A DNA stretch of 64,000 nucleotides from Bacteroidota bacterium. Lineage in GTDB: Bacteria; Bacteroidota; Bacteroidia; NS11-12g; UBA9320. The notes under the pieces are model-generated. The model saw only the letters and a list, made by a program, of their open reading frames with translations. It ran no database searches and had not been told where the DNA came from. Shown here in pieces: positions 47,996-57,144 of the stretch (positions are counted from its first letter, which is position 1; each line of letters opens with the position of its first letter). The position numbers were made by a program, and so were the translations under genes. The stretch covers positions 205,126 to 269,125 of the forward strand of contig NVWV01000005.1 in the NCBI GenBank assembly GCA_002746305.1. The letters are read 5' to 3'.

Positions 47996-49732
47996 TTAGA
48001 AATAATTAATCACTCCAAAGTGAAATTTTGCGGTATTTAGTTGTATTGGATTTCCTTGCTGACTTCCTAAGGCGTAGGCGAGGTTGAGAATCCCATTACC
48101 TATTTGAATATTGGCTACTGCACCAAAACCGTAAGGTATATCATAGATGAGTACGGTGCTTTGCAATGTGTTTTCAATTGCAGCAGCGTTTACAAACAGG
48201 CCAACATTACTATTTTCACCTAACAGATATCTATATTCTAGGGTGTAACTAAGAGCCTTACTTGCAAATATTTCATTTTCATCAAAGCCTCTAAGAGTTG
48301 AAAATCCACCAAAATTATAAAGCTCATTAAAAAATATTTGATTGGCAAATAGTGCTTTGAAATTGAACCTTTGATAAATGGTACTTCTCTTTTTTATAGG
48401 AATATAGAGTGATGTACTCACTGAGAAATCAAGCCGTAAACTTTTTGTATTCAAGGTGTCATATAGTGATATGAGCGTATTGTTGGTACTGTTAACAAAC
48501 TTTACGTTAGCAATCTCAGTATTTCTAAGGATTGTTTTTTGTCCTACCGCAAGATCTGCAAGAATAGAATAGCCTTTGCGGGGGTTGGGTAAATAGTCAA
48601 TATCTCTTTGGAAAATTGCCAAACCATAATTGTCAATTTTATAAGGGTTGTTATCTGGAATTCGTTTCTGAATTCTTACGGCATTAGTATCTGCAGTTAT
48701 TAAATTGCTATTTATATTTTGATAGTAGAACTGGTAATAATTATTCCCTTTTTGTTGGTATCTGAAAGAGATTTTGCTTTTTAGATTTACGAAAATACTA
48801 TCGTACTTATTGAGATTAAATTCTCCATTAATTCCTAGTTTAGTTTTAAATAAATAGGGGTATGTAAAGCCTAAATCTAACTTTTGTGAATTTTGAAGAT
48901 AGTTCCTCCAATGCATTTCAAGTTGTTTTCCACTTTTAAAAAGATTGTTTAGTTCTACATTGACTTCTCCCGTAATCAGCAGGCTATTTTCTTTACTGTT
49001 AGAACTGTTTGGTGCCAATCCAACTATTCCATCCACCCGGTCAGTGACTACATCATCCATATTGAGGATTATCTGAACTTTACCTTGAAAAAACACTATT
49101 TGAGAGTTCCCTTTCAGTTTTATCAACGGTAGATTCCGTAGTTTTTTATCAATGGTTTTTGCAACCCGTTCATTGTAAGGTTTACCTTTTTCTATGCCAA
49201 GATACTTGGTAATATATGCTTTGGATATTTTACTACTTCCAATATAGACTATAGTGTCATAAACAAACTTTACGTAAGGGTAAAACTTCAGGTTACTACT
49301 TAAAGTATCTTGAATAACTTGAGGATGAGTCAGTACAATATTTGCAAATGGATAACCAGCCCGTTCATACGAAGAAAGAACACTATTTTGAAGTCTGTCA
49401 AAGGCTTCTAATGAGAGAGTCGCATTTTTTTCAAGGAGGTACCCTTCAGTTAGATTGTGGTTTCTTATGTGGATGTGAGTGTATTTATCTCCTTTGCTTA
49501 AAAAGACAATGGTAGTGTCATTTTTATAAAAATTACTGTCTATCGAAGCAGCAAAAAAACCTTCGGATCTTAATTGTAAAATTTTTTCATTAATTGAAAG
49601 CTGAGCACTTAGACTATCAGCCATAGCCAGATGCCTAATACCGACATCTGAATGTATACTAAGTGTGTAGTTTTGTGCATTTGTAAACACACAAATAAGC
49701 ATTAAGCTCCAAATTGAAATAACTTTGTACAC
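47996..49732 (-). CDS. Omp85/TamA-like outer-membrane protein
   Basis: POTRA-like GYPFA, GGFSTLRGFDE, LEYRY, C-terminal Phe. Confidence 0.8.
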   Translation of the reverse strand: MYKVISIWSLMLICVFTNAQNYTLSIHSDVGIRHLAMADSLSAQLSINEKILQLRSEGFFAASIDSNFYKNDTTIVFLSKGDKYTHIHIRNHNLTEGYLLEKNATLSLEAFDRLQNSVLSSYERAGYPFANIVLTHPQVIQDTLSSNLKFYPYVKFVYDTIVYIGSSKISKAYITKYLGIEKGKPYNERVAKTIDKKLRNLPLIKLKGNSQIVFFQGKVQIILNMDDVVTDRVDGIVGLAPNSSNSKENSLLITGEVNVELNNLFKSGKQLEMHWRNYLQNSQKLDLGFTYPYLFKTKLGINGEFNLNKYDSIFVNLKSKISFRYQQKGNNYYQFYYQNINSNLITADTNAVRIQKRIPDNNPYKIDNYGLAIFQRDIDYLPNPRKGYSILADLAVGQKTILRNTEIANVKFVNSTNNTLISLYDTLNTKSLRLDFSVSTSLYIPIKKRSTIYQRFNFKALFANQIFFNELYNFGGFSTLRGFDENEIFASKALSYTLEYRYLLGENSNVGLFVNAAAIENTLQSTVLIYDIPYGFGAVANIQIGNGILNLAYALGSQQGNPIQLNTAKFHFGVINYF

Positions 49733-49777
49733 GTCTACTCACAAAGGTAAACGATTAACAAGTAGCAGTATTATATC

Positions 49778-50908
49778 TTGGCAGGAATCTATATTCATAT
49801 CCCCTTTTGTAAGAAGGCTTGTTTTTACTGTGATTTTCATTTTTCAGTGTCTTTCAAACAAAAAGACAAAATTGTAAAAGCAATAAAGCAGGAGATTCTT
49901 TTACGCAAGGATTTCATAAATGAGGGTGAAATTATTGAAAGCATTTATTTTGGAGGAGGTACACCAAGTGTTCTTTCCGAAAGTGAATTGCAGGGGATTA
50001 TTAAGGTAGTTTACAAGACTTTTTCTGTTTCGAGTAATGCTGAGGTTACATTGGAGTGCAATCCAGATGACTTGAGTTTACAGTACCTTTATGACTTAAA
50101 GAAAAGTGGTATTAACAGATTGAGTATTGGGGTACAAAGTTTCAATGATGAACATCTTACTTGGATGAATAGAAGTCACTCAAAGGATCAATCTTTCTCT
50201 GCAATAGAGAATGCTGCTAAGGTAGGCTTCTCTGATATTACTATAGACCTGATCTATGGACTGCCACAATTATCTATACAGGAATGGACCCAAACTGTTA
50301 TTAGAGCTCTTGAATTGCCGATAAACCACCTTTCTGCTTATAGCCTTACTCTTGAAGAAAACACACCTTATACAAAGCTTGTATCTCAAAAAAAATACAA
50401 GAAACCAGATGATGATTTAGCCTCACAGCACTTTAAGATTTTAGTTGATAGAATCAATGAGAAGGGCTGGAATCATTATGAAGTGTCCAGCTTCTGTAAG
50501 GATAAAAATTACTCTAGACACAATACTTCCTATTGGCAGAATAAAAAGTATCTTGGAATCGGACCATCGGCTCATGGTTTTGATGGTGACAATCGATTTT
50601 GGAATGTAAGCAGTAATGCAAAGTATCTGGATTTGATAGATACAGGAAATGTTACTTATGAGATGGAAAATTTATCTCAAAGGGATAAGTTAAATGAAAC
50701 TATTCTAACAGGTCTTCGAACTAAATGGGGTATAAATTTGGCCTCGATTAGTTCATTGTATGGCTACGATATTGAAGCTCTTTTTTCTAATGAGTTAGAG
50801 CAATGGATGAATAAAAACTGGATAGTGAAGGACAAGGATAACTTAAGATTGAACTCAGAAGGTTTTCTGTTCGCAGATTTTATTGCAAGTGAACTGTTTC
50901 TACTTTAG
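49778..50908 (+). CDS. hemW: Radical SAM heme chaperone HemW
   Basis: YIHIPFCKKACFYCDF, YFGGGTPS, HNTSYW. Confidence 0.9.
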   Translation: MAGIYIHIPFCKKACFYCDFHFSVSFKQKDKIVKAIKQEILLRKDFINEGEIIESIYFGGGTPSVLSESELQGIIKVVYKTFSVSSNAEVTLECNPDDLSLQYLYDLKKSGINRLSIGVQSFNDEHLTWMNRSHSKDQSFSAIENAAKVGFSDITIDLIYGLPQLSIQEWTQTVIRALELPINHLSAYSLTLEENTPYTKLVSQKKYKKPDDDLASQHFKILVDRINEKGWNHYEVSSFCKDKNYSRHNTSYWQNKKYLGIGPSAHGFDGDNRFWNVSSNAKYLDLIDTGNVTYEMENLSQRDKLNETILTGLRTKWGINLASISSLYGYDIEALFSNELEQWMNKNWIVKDKDNLRLNSEGFLFADFIASELFLL

Positions 50909-50914
50909 TTAGAA

Positions 50915-53398
50915 CTATTCATCCCATACATTATCGTAATCTTTGGTCTCTGCCGTTTCTTCTTCCAAAGTTCCTTCCCCTTTTAGTGCCTGTATAAACT
51001 TCTTTTTTTCAGCTGTTATTTCCTTCTTCACGTTTTCTTTTACAGCAGCTCTATCATAACGAATTGTTAAGTCATCAGGAGTACCCTCCATAATAATATA
51101 GGCAGTGAGACCACCAGAGGAATTGTTTTCAATTCGTTTTTCTTTCTTTTTAGCAATCCAGTTGGCTTTTGTAGCAAGTAGTTCTGCAACACTTAGACTC
51201 ATGTTATACTTCATATAGTTATCAAAAGTATGAGTGCCGGATATCTGGAGGTTTAAAGCATTGTTTTCAATTCTCATTTTTGGGATAAAAATGGTCTCGT
51301 CAAAAATCTCAATTGTGTTTTTAAGGGTATTAAATTTTACATTTTTCAAGTCATCAATATGAGCAAATGATGAAAGTTCTTTTAGAGGTTCATAACCAAT
51401 CAATGCCCCATTATTGATCGTTATATTAGCTTTTGCATACAGCTTTGATAAAATAGGTTCAAAATTTTGATCAAGAATAACCTTGGCTAAAATGGAACCA
51501 GAGATTTCTCCACTGATATGTTTATCCGTTATTTCATTTTGCTCAAAGTTGTTGAACTGCTTAAACAGTTTGCTAATATTGACCTTTTTAATGTCGGTAT
51601 TAATATCGAGGAGGTAGTTTTCACCCCATTTTTTAACGTTTATCGAGGCAATGGTTTTTCCATCAAGTGCAGTAATTTCACATTTAGGCATACCTATTTG
51701 TGTTCTGTTAGAAATTAGATTTCCTGTGATTAATGATGCATTGAAATCGTTGTACTTGAAATTAGTTAGCTCGGTTTTTAGTTTTAGATTAATAGGTACA
51801 ATTTCATTGTTGGTTAAGACTTCCGAGTTTTCCTCTTTTACAGCCGAAGAGCTTTGCAGTTCATTAATGTCCAAGTTATCTACGTACAGTTCACCTGCCA
51901 ACGTAGCTGAGGAGTTTTCGTTGAAAATTGACTGATATTTTTCAATGTAACCTTTGATAGATCCCGTTGTGTTATTGTAGTGGAAATCGGCAGAATTAAC
52001 GACTATTCTGTCGTTGTCTGCACTGAGGTCCACATTCATCTTTTTTAGTGTTAATTTTGGTTCAATAACATCGCCACTAAGATTTTTAATTTTTATCGTA
52101 CCCGTGTATCTCAAAGAGTTTGGTTCCAGACTCTCCTTCTTGGTATTGTAAGTCAAGCTTAGTTTACCTGTAGTTTCAATTCTGCCTGTTTTTGCTTTAA
52201 ATCCTTCAACTTTGGCAAATGCGAAAATGAATGGTGCATCCAATGAGGCATTCCCGTTCCACGTTATTCTTGGTTTTACGAAATTGAGAACCGATATCTT
52301 TCCAGAAAGGCTATTGGATCCAGATTTTGCTTTGGCCAATTTACAATTAGCCTTGGCGGTGTTTAGATTAGAGATATCGGGAATATTTAGACTTCCAGAT
52401 GCATTTATACCTGATAACCTAATGTCTTGATTGCTGAAGCCCAACGAAGTGTTATTGAGATTAAAGTCAAAACCAAAGGAGGGATTATGATTTTTATCAA
52501 TTCGACCTTTAAAAAATCCATTTAAGACCACTTCTCCTTTTAAATCCAAATTTTCTAGAGATCTTGAAATACTAGTAGGAAGTATACTCAGCAAGGATTG
52601 TGTTGTTGTATTGTCATTTGCAAAGGTGATATCTACTTCAGGTGTTTCACCATATCCAACAAAACCTCTTGTTTTTAAGCTAACTTCCTCGATAATTAAG
52701 TCACTAGGTGATATTTCTACTTTTTCTTCATTCACTACAATGTGAGTATTGAGTTTAAGATTCTTATTGGCTACATAAACCTCCTGTCCTTTTTGGATTA
52801 AAGCCTCGTTCAAAGTTGTTTGGATGACTAAATCAGTCGATTCTCCAATATATTTGAGCTTTAGTATCGAGGATGGAGTATACGCCTTACTCTTAAATTT
52901 ACTAGGAGTGTGTTCATATCTTATATGGCAATCAATTAAGGAGAGGTTCTTAATTTCAAAACTAAGGTTGGAAGAAGTTGTATCGGAAGTTTTTTTAATA
53001 ATGTCGTAGTTAGTTCTGTTTTTCAAGTCAACTACATTGAGGGTGCCGTTTCGTAGTGTTACTCCGTCTATGACATATTCTCCTTTGTAAAGTTTTAAGA
53101 CATCAATGAATAGGTTTAATTCTTTTGCTTGAAGAAGCTTCTTGTTATAATGAACTGTGCTTTCGTTGATGCTGACATCTGAGAATTTGATCCCAAGATT
53201 TGGGAAGTCTTTTATGCCTGAAATACTAATTTCTCCAACCTCTACTTTTACCGCTAAGGTTTTGTTGATTTCTGATACAAGAATGGGTTTTATGTTCTTA
53301 TAAAAATAAAACACCGTTCCACTTGCTGCCAGTATTAGCAGAAATAGTATGAATGACGTTATTTTTAGAAATCTTTTCACCTTAAAGTAACTGAGCAA
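50915..53398 (-). CDS. AsmA-family protein
   Basis: N-terminal TM anchor, FPNLGIKFSDV, long beta-rich body, GTHTFDN..Y AsmA-like C-terminus. Confidence 0.75.
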   Translation of the reverse strand: MLSYFKVKRFLKITSFILFLLILAASGTVFYFYKNIKPILVSEINKTLAVKVEVGEISISGIKDFPNLGIKFSDVSINESTVHYNKKLLQAKELNLFIDVLKLYKGEYVIDGVTLRNGTLNVVDLKNRTNYDIIKKTSDTTSSNLSFEIKNLSLIDCHIRYEHTPSKFKSKAYTPSSILKLKYIGESTDLVIQTTLNEALIQKGQEVYVANKNLKLNTHIVVNEEKVEISPSDLIIEEVSLKTRGFVGYGETPEVDITFANDNTTTQSLLSILPTSISRSLENLDLKGEVVLNGFFKGRIDKNHNPSFGFDFNLNNTSLGFSNQDIRLSGINASGSLNIPDISNLNTAKANCKLAKAKSGSNSLSGKISVLNFVKPRITWNGNASLDAPFIFAFAKVEGFKAKTGRIETTGKLSLTYNTKKESLEPNSLRYTGTIKIKNLSGDVIEPKLTLKKMNVDLSADNDRIVVNSADFHYNNTTGSIKGYIEKYQSIFNENSSATLAGELYVDNLDINELQSSSAVKEENSEVLTNNEIVPINLKLKTELTNFKYNDFNASLITGNLISNRTQIGMPKCEITALDGKTIASINVKKWGENYLLDINTDIKKVNISKLFKQFNNFEQNEITDKHISGEISGSILAKVILDQNFEPILSKLYAKANITINNGALIGYEPLKELSSFAHIDDLKNVKFNTLKNTIEIFDETIFIPKMRIENNALNLQISGTHTFDNYMKYNMSLSVAELLATKANWIAKKKEKRIENNSSGGLTAYIIMEGTPDDLTIRYDRAAVKENVKKEITAEKKKFIQALKGEGTLEEETAETKDYDNVWDE

Positions 53399-53475
53399 AT
53401 GAAGACATAAAGTGGGTTAGATAGAAGTACAACGAATCAACAATGCACATTTATGTGTCCAGTAAAAAAAATAAT

Positions 53476-53505
53476 TTTGCTAATATGAAATGGCTCCTAT
53501 ATTTG
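53476..53505 (+). promoter_or_regulatory. Bacteroidota housekeeping promoter of tRNA-Val
   Basis: TTTG (53476-53479) and TATATTTG (53498-53505). Confidence 0.7.
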
Positions 53506-53519
53506 CAGCCCTTTTGAAA

Positions 53520-53594
53520 GGGAGCTTAGCTCAGTTGGTTTAGAGCATCTGCCTTACAAGCAGAGGGTCGCTGGTTCGAATCCAGCAGTTCCCA
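53520..53594 (+). tRNA. tRNA-Val (anticodon TAC); CCA not encoded
   Basis: Acceptor GGGAGCT/AGTTCCC, D arm GCTC..GAGC, anticodon arm TCTGC-CTTACAA-GCAGA, T arm GCTGG-TTCGAAT-CCAGC. Confidence 0.97.
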
Positions 53595-53617
53595 CATTGA
53601 ATATCAATCATTTACAG

Positions 53618-53643
53618 AGTCTCGCTTCGGCGGGACTTTTTTT
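53618..53643 (+). terminator. Intrinsic terminator after tRNA-Val
   Basis: AGTCTCGC-TTCG-GCGGGACT followed by a T-run. Confidence 0.85.
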
Positions 53644-53818
53644 ATTTGCACACGATTTGCATAAAATTCTGTAAGTAAGTAGTAAGTATTCTTCATAGCT
53701 TTGTTTTACTATTTTTAGTGCAAAATGATTTGTAAGTTGATATATCTGTAGGTAAGGCCAAAAAAAATAGAAGCGCTAAGGTCTGTAATTGCTGTTTTTA
53801 CTGCATTAAGGGTGATGT

Positions 53819-53859
53819 TATCCCCTTTTGGGGATAGATGGTATACTCTTTTGGGGATG
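53819..53859. promoter_or_regulatory. Tandem palindromic operator-like sites
   Basis: TATCCCC-TTTT-GGGGATA (53819-53836, perfect arms) and TATACTC-TTTT-GGGGATG (53842-53859), upstream of 53908. Confidence 0.6.
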
Positions 53860-53907
53860 TCTTTATAATTAAAAAAGATAGTCTTTTGCATCTTTTAGAT
53901 TCTCAAT

Positions 53908-54864
53908 TTGTTTATTAAAGAAAAAACTATCGATGATTTATTGCTGTCTCTCTATACCAGTATTGAATTACAACCTAAATCAACAATTACAACATCTCGA
54001 GGAGAGTGTATCGAGGAGCTTGGTGTTTATCTTAAGTTAACTAATCCATTGTCCAGGGTTAGTTGGTCAGTTTCACGAGGTAAAGCTTTCAGCGCTCTTG
54101 GAGAATTTCTTTGGTATGTTTCAGGGAGTGATAAATTGGACTTTATTGAGTACTATATACCGAAGTACATTGATGAATCTACAAATGGTGAATCAGTTCA
54201 TGGCGCATATGGTAAAAGAATTTATTGTCAAGAATATTGTCAAATAGAGCAAGTAATTTCTTTATTATCCCAGAAACCAAATACAAGAAGAGCAGTTATA
54301 CAGCTATTTAAGGTCGAAGATCTAAATGTAGAACTAAAAAATATCCCTTGTACTCTTAGCCTTCAGTTTTTCATACGACATTCAAAATTGGATATGCATG
54401 TTTTTATGAGGTCAAATGATGCCTACAAAGGACTTCCTCATGATATTTTTTCATTTACTCTATTGCAAGAATATATTGCTCGAAGGTTAAATGTTGAGTT
54501 AGGTACATACAATCATTTCGTTTCGAGTATGCATGTATACAAATCAGATATTTCTAAAGTTAAAAAATACATTAGTGATGGATATCAATCTAGCTCAAGT
54601 ACTATGACTAAAATGCCTTTTGAAAAGCCTAAAGAAAATTTAGATATATTACTTTTATATGAGAGTAAAATCAGAAAAAAGGGCATTGCTAGCGCTAAGG
54701 GTATTAATGATTATTGGGCCGACTTAATAACTCTGTTAAACATGTATCGATGTTTTAAGGATAAGGATTCTGTTGAATTTGAAAGGCAAATGTCTCTTCT
54801 TAATAATACAGGTTATAGGCAGTTAGCAAAAGAAAAATTTTCACAATTGGTGGGTAAAATATGA
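53908..54864 (+). CDS. Thymidylate-synthase-fold enzyme, dCMP/CMP hydroxymethylase type
   Basis: GEFLWY, TRRAVI, IPC148T, QF, MRSND, GLPHD179, SMHVY; Asp at the position where ThyA has Asn (GLPFN). Confidence 0.85.
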   Translation: MFIKEKTIDDLLLSLYTSIELQPKSTITTSRGECIEELGVYLKLTNPLSRVSWSVSRGKAFSALGEFLWYVSGSDKLDFIEYYIPKYIDESTNGESVHGAYGKRIYCQEYCQIEQVISLLSQKPNTRRAVIQLFKVEDLNVELKNIPCTLSLQFFIRHSKLDMHVFMRSNDAYKGLPHDIFSFTLLQEYIARRLNVELGTYNHFVSSMHVYKSDISKVKKYISDGYQSSSSTMTKMPFEKPKENLDILLLYESKIRKKGIASAKGINDYWADLITLLNMYRCFKDKDSVEFERQMSLLNNTGYRQLAKEKFSQLVGKI

Positions 54865-55778
54865 CAAAGAAATATGTAGAAATGTATGCTGAGGTTGACA
54901 AAGCAATACAGAAATGTAGCTCTGAAAGGCAAATGCCAGGACTAAATGATGAGGTTCGGAAAACTTTGAATTTACAGTTTGTAGATAGTATAAAGAGAAT
55001 AAAAATAATTGAAGTAATAGATAAAAAGGGAGTTGATGATACTTGTTTAAAACTGAATAGTGACACATTTAACCCTATAAAAGCCATTGCGTGGTATAAA
55101 AGTATTGGAAATTATAATGAGGCTATATGGTTGATTTTTCTGGTTACGCATTTTGGTAAGAACATAAATACAAATTGGAATTTGTTAGTTGATACGTATT
55201 CAGGAGCACGTGTAGATTCTATTTGGAATTGGGAAAGCACATCGACGGAGTTGGGAGATTTTTTGGATTGGTTGAATCTAAATGAAGGTAACCTTAAGAA
55301 AGTCGGAAAATTTGGAAATCATCGTAAATATCAGAGTATTAGTGCAGTCTGTAAAAATGGTACTGGTGACGCTTTTACGAGTTATATTAATTGGATTGGA
55401 GAAGATCGAGACCAACTGGCTAAATTACTCGAAGTAACTAATTCAGCTGGAAATTCGTTTGAAAGATTTGATATGCTTTATTCTGCAATAAAAAGAAATG
55501 TAAATTCGTTCGGTAGAATGGCCACTTTCGACTTTTGCACCATGCTTGGAAAGTTTCGACTTTTAGATATTGAACCGGGACACACCTATCTTGCTGGGGC
55601 TACTGGTCCAGTTTCAGGTTTGAAAACATTGTTCGGAAATAAAACATTAAAGGAATTGGATGAAGATGTTATGGTTCTATACCGAAACCTTAATCAGTTT
55701 TACGGTATGCAAATAATAGAAGATGCTATTTGTAATTGGCAAAAATCAACAGCAAAGTATAGATATTTTGGAGGTTAA
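54861..55778 (+). CDS. aGPT-Pplase clade 3-like protein (alpha-helical DNA glycosylase-related fold)
   Basis: WLIFLVTHFG, FGNHRKYQS, FGRMATFDF, YLAGATGP, EDAICNWQKS motifs recognised from memory of this family; ATGA overlap with the upstream gene. Confidence 0.7.
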   Translation: MTKKYVEMYAEVDKAIQKCSSERQMPGLNDEVRKTLNLQFVDSIKRIKIIEVIDKKGVDDTCLKLNSDTFNPIKAIAWYKSIGNYNEAIWLIFLVTHFGKNINTNWNLLVDTYSGARVDSIWNWESTSTELGDFLDWLNLNEGNLKKVGKFGNHRKYQSISAVCKNGTGDAFTSYINWIGEDRDQLAKLLEVTNSAGNSFERFDMLYSAIKRNVNSFGRMATFDFCTMLGKFRLLDIEPGHTYLAGATGPVSGLKTLFGNKTLKELDEDVMVLYRNLNQFYGMQIIEDAICNWQKSTAKYRYFGG

Positions 55779-55784
55779 TCGTGA

Positions 55785-56855
55785 TTAAGAATCCAAAGAG
55801 AAAAAACGTTTGTAGCTATTGAGGTAACCTGGCTTTATTATCCCAAAATATTGCATTTGACCTACAACAATTCCCGGAGATATTCCTAGTTTACTTGCAA
55901 ACGCAATGATTTTTCGTTTGTTACTATTTAGTGTTCTTAATTCTTTGTGAAACTCATTTGGAATCAATACTTCCTGCGCAAATAGGTTAGCCTCATCTTC
56001 TTGTTCATTTATCGATTGCTCGATCTTTCGCTCAATTATGAAGTTGTCTTTTTTATGAAGAAAAATATGGCCTGCTTCATGAAAAAAAGTGAACCAAAAT
56101 TGATCATCGGATTTATATCTAAAACTTAATAAGATCATTGCTTTATCTGGTTTTATAAATCTTGTAGCCCCACTTTCAGTACATCCTTTAGGTGTCGGAA
56201 CTACGGCGACAGCAACTCCACATTCAGAACATATTTTTTTTAGTTCAGATATAAAAACACTTGGATTTTTTTTACGAGTAAGCTTTTTAATTTCTTGTAA
56301 TGCTAATTCAAATAATTCTTTATTAAAGGGCTTACAACTTAGTGCCTCACATTCTTTTTCACCTTGCCTTAACCATGTTGAAAGTGAAAATTCATTTGTC
56401 TGATAGGCTTGAGACGTCCTAAATGATATATTGGAGGTGTTAAGCACATAATGTTTTGACCATTCATGGATATTCTTAACGTTAAAAAAGTCTAAACATT
56501 CTTGAAAGGGATTATTTGACTCCCTTATCCAATTGTGCTTAAACATGTCTTTTAAAGGTAACTTCTTTAACCATTCAATTTGAGTAAGCCTATCAATACC
56601 ACTAATCTTATTTCTGTAATTAGCTTCTCTTTCAAGCCAAAAATTGGTAGATCCTCCAAGATGAATGGCTAAATGTTTTGATACTTCATTGTCTATGGTT
56701 ACTTCACTTCTCAATAATCTGCTTGTAAACTCAAACGTCCAGCCAGTTTTATGTGACAAGATTTGTGTAGATATTGATTTAAGTCTCATTAAATCAATAA
56801 TTGTACTCCCTGGACTTGAAGTCCAGTTTGGCTTAAAATTAACTTGATCTTTCAT
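55785..56855 (-). CDS. HigA-like HTH fused to ImmA/IrrE metallopeptidase
   Basis: SPGSTI...FWLEREANYR HigA-like N-terminus; DQFWFTFFHEAGH (HExxH); EDEANLFA. Confidence 0.85.
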   Translation of the reverse strand: MKDQVNFKPNWTSSPGSTIIDLMRLKSISTQILSHKTGWTFEFTSRLLRSEVTIDNEVSKHLAIHLGGSTNFWLEREANYRNKISGIDRLTQIEWLKKLPLKDMFKHNWIRESNNPFQECLDFFNVKNIHEWSKHYVLNTSNISFRTSQAYQTNEFSLSTWLRQGEKECEALSCKPFNKELFELALQEIKKLTRKKNPSVFISELKKICSECGVAVAVVPTPKGCTESGATRFIKPDKAMILLSFRYKSDDQFWFTFFHEAGHIFLHKKDNFIIERKIEQSINEQEDEANLFAQEVLIPNEFHKELRTLNSNKRKIIAFASKLGISPGIVVGQMQYFGIIKPGYLNSYKRFFSLDS

Positions 56856-57144
56856 TGGCTTTATTTATAGCTACTACTTTTATTCTACTTTCTTCGTATT
56901 CTTTGTTTAAGTCTTCTCTTAGAATCTCTACTGTTAAACTATATTCTAAATCTAGTTTAATTTCTATTAGTGTCTTGCTTAAACGGTTGATAGGAAATGG
57001 GAATTCATTAAAAGTGTTGACACTCAATAAATCAGATATTCTATTTTTTATTTGGGTGGCAATAGTAATACCAAACATTTGTTCTGCAATATCGGTGTTT
57101 TCACAAACATCTCTAATTTTTTTGTCCCCAAATGACAATATCAA
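56839..57144 (-). CDS. HigB/RelE-like (killer-suppression type) small protein, divergent
   Basis: MILSFGDKKIRDVCE...A...G...A..I..RI.DL N-terminal pattern; overlaps the HigA-ImmA start. Confidence 0.6.
   Translation of the reverse strand: MILSFGDKKIRDVCENTDIAEQMFGITIATQIKNRISDLLSVNTFNEFPFPINRLSKTLIEIKLDLEYSLTVEILREDLNKEYEESRIKVVAINKANERSS

Noticed and set aside
53908-54864. Housekeeping thymidylate synthase thyA
   Set aside because: Has Asp instead of the ThyA Asn, PCT instead of PCH, a C-terminal extension, no folA neighbour and an island context.
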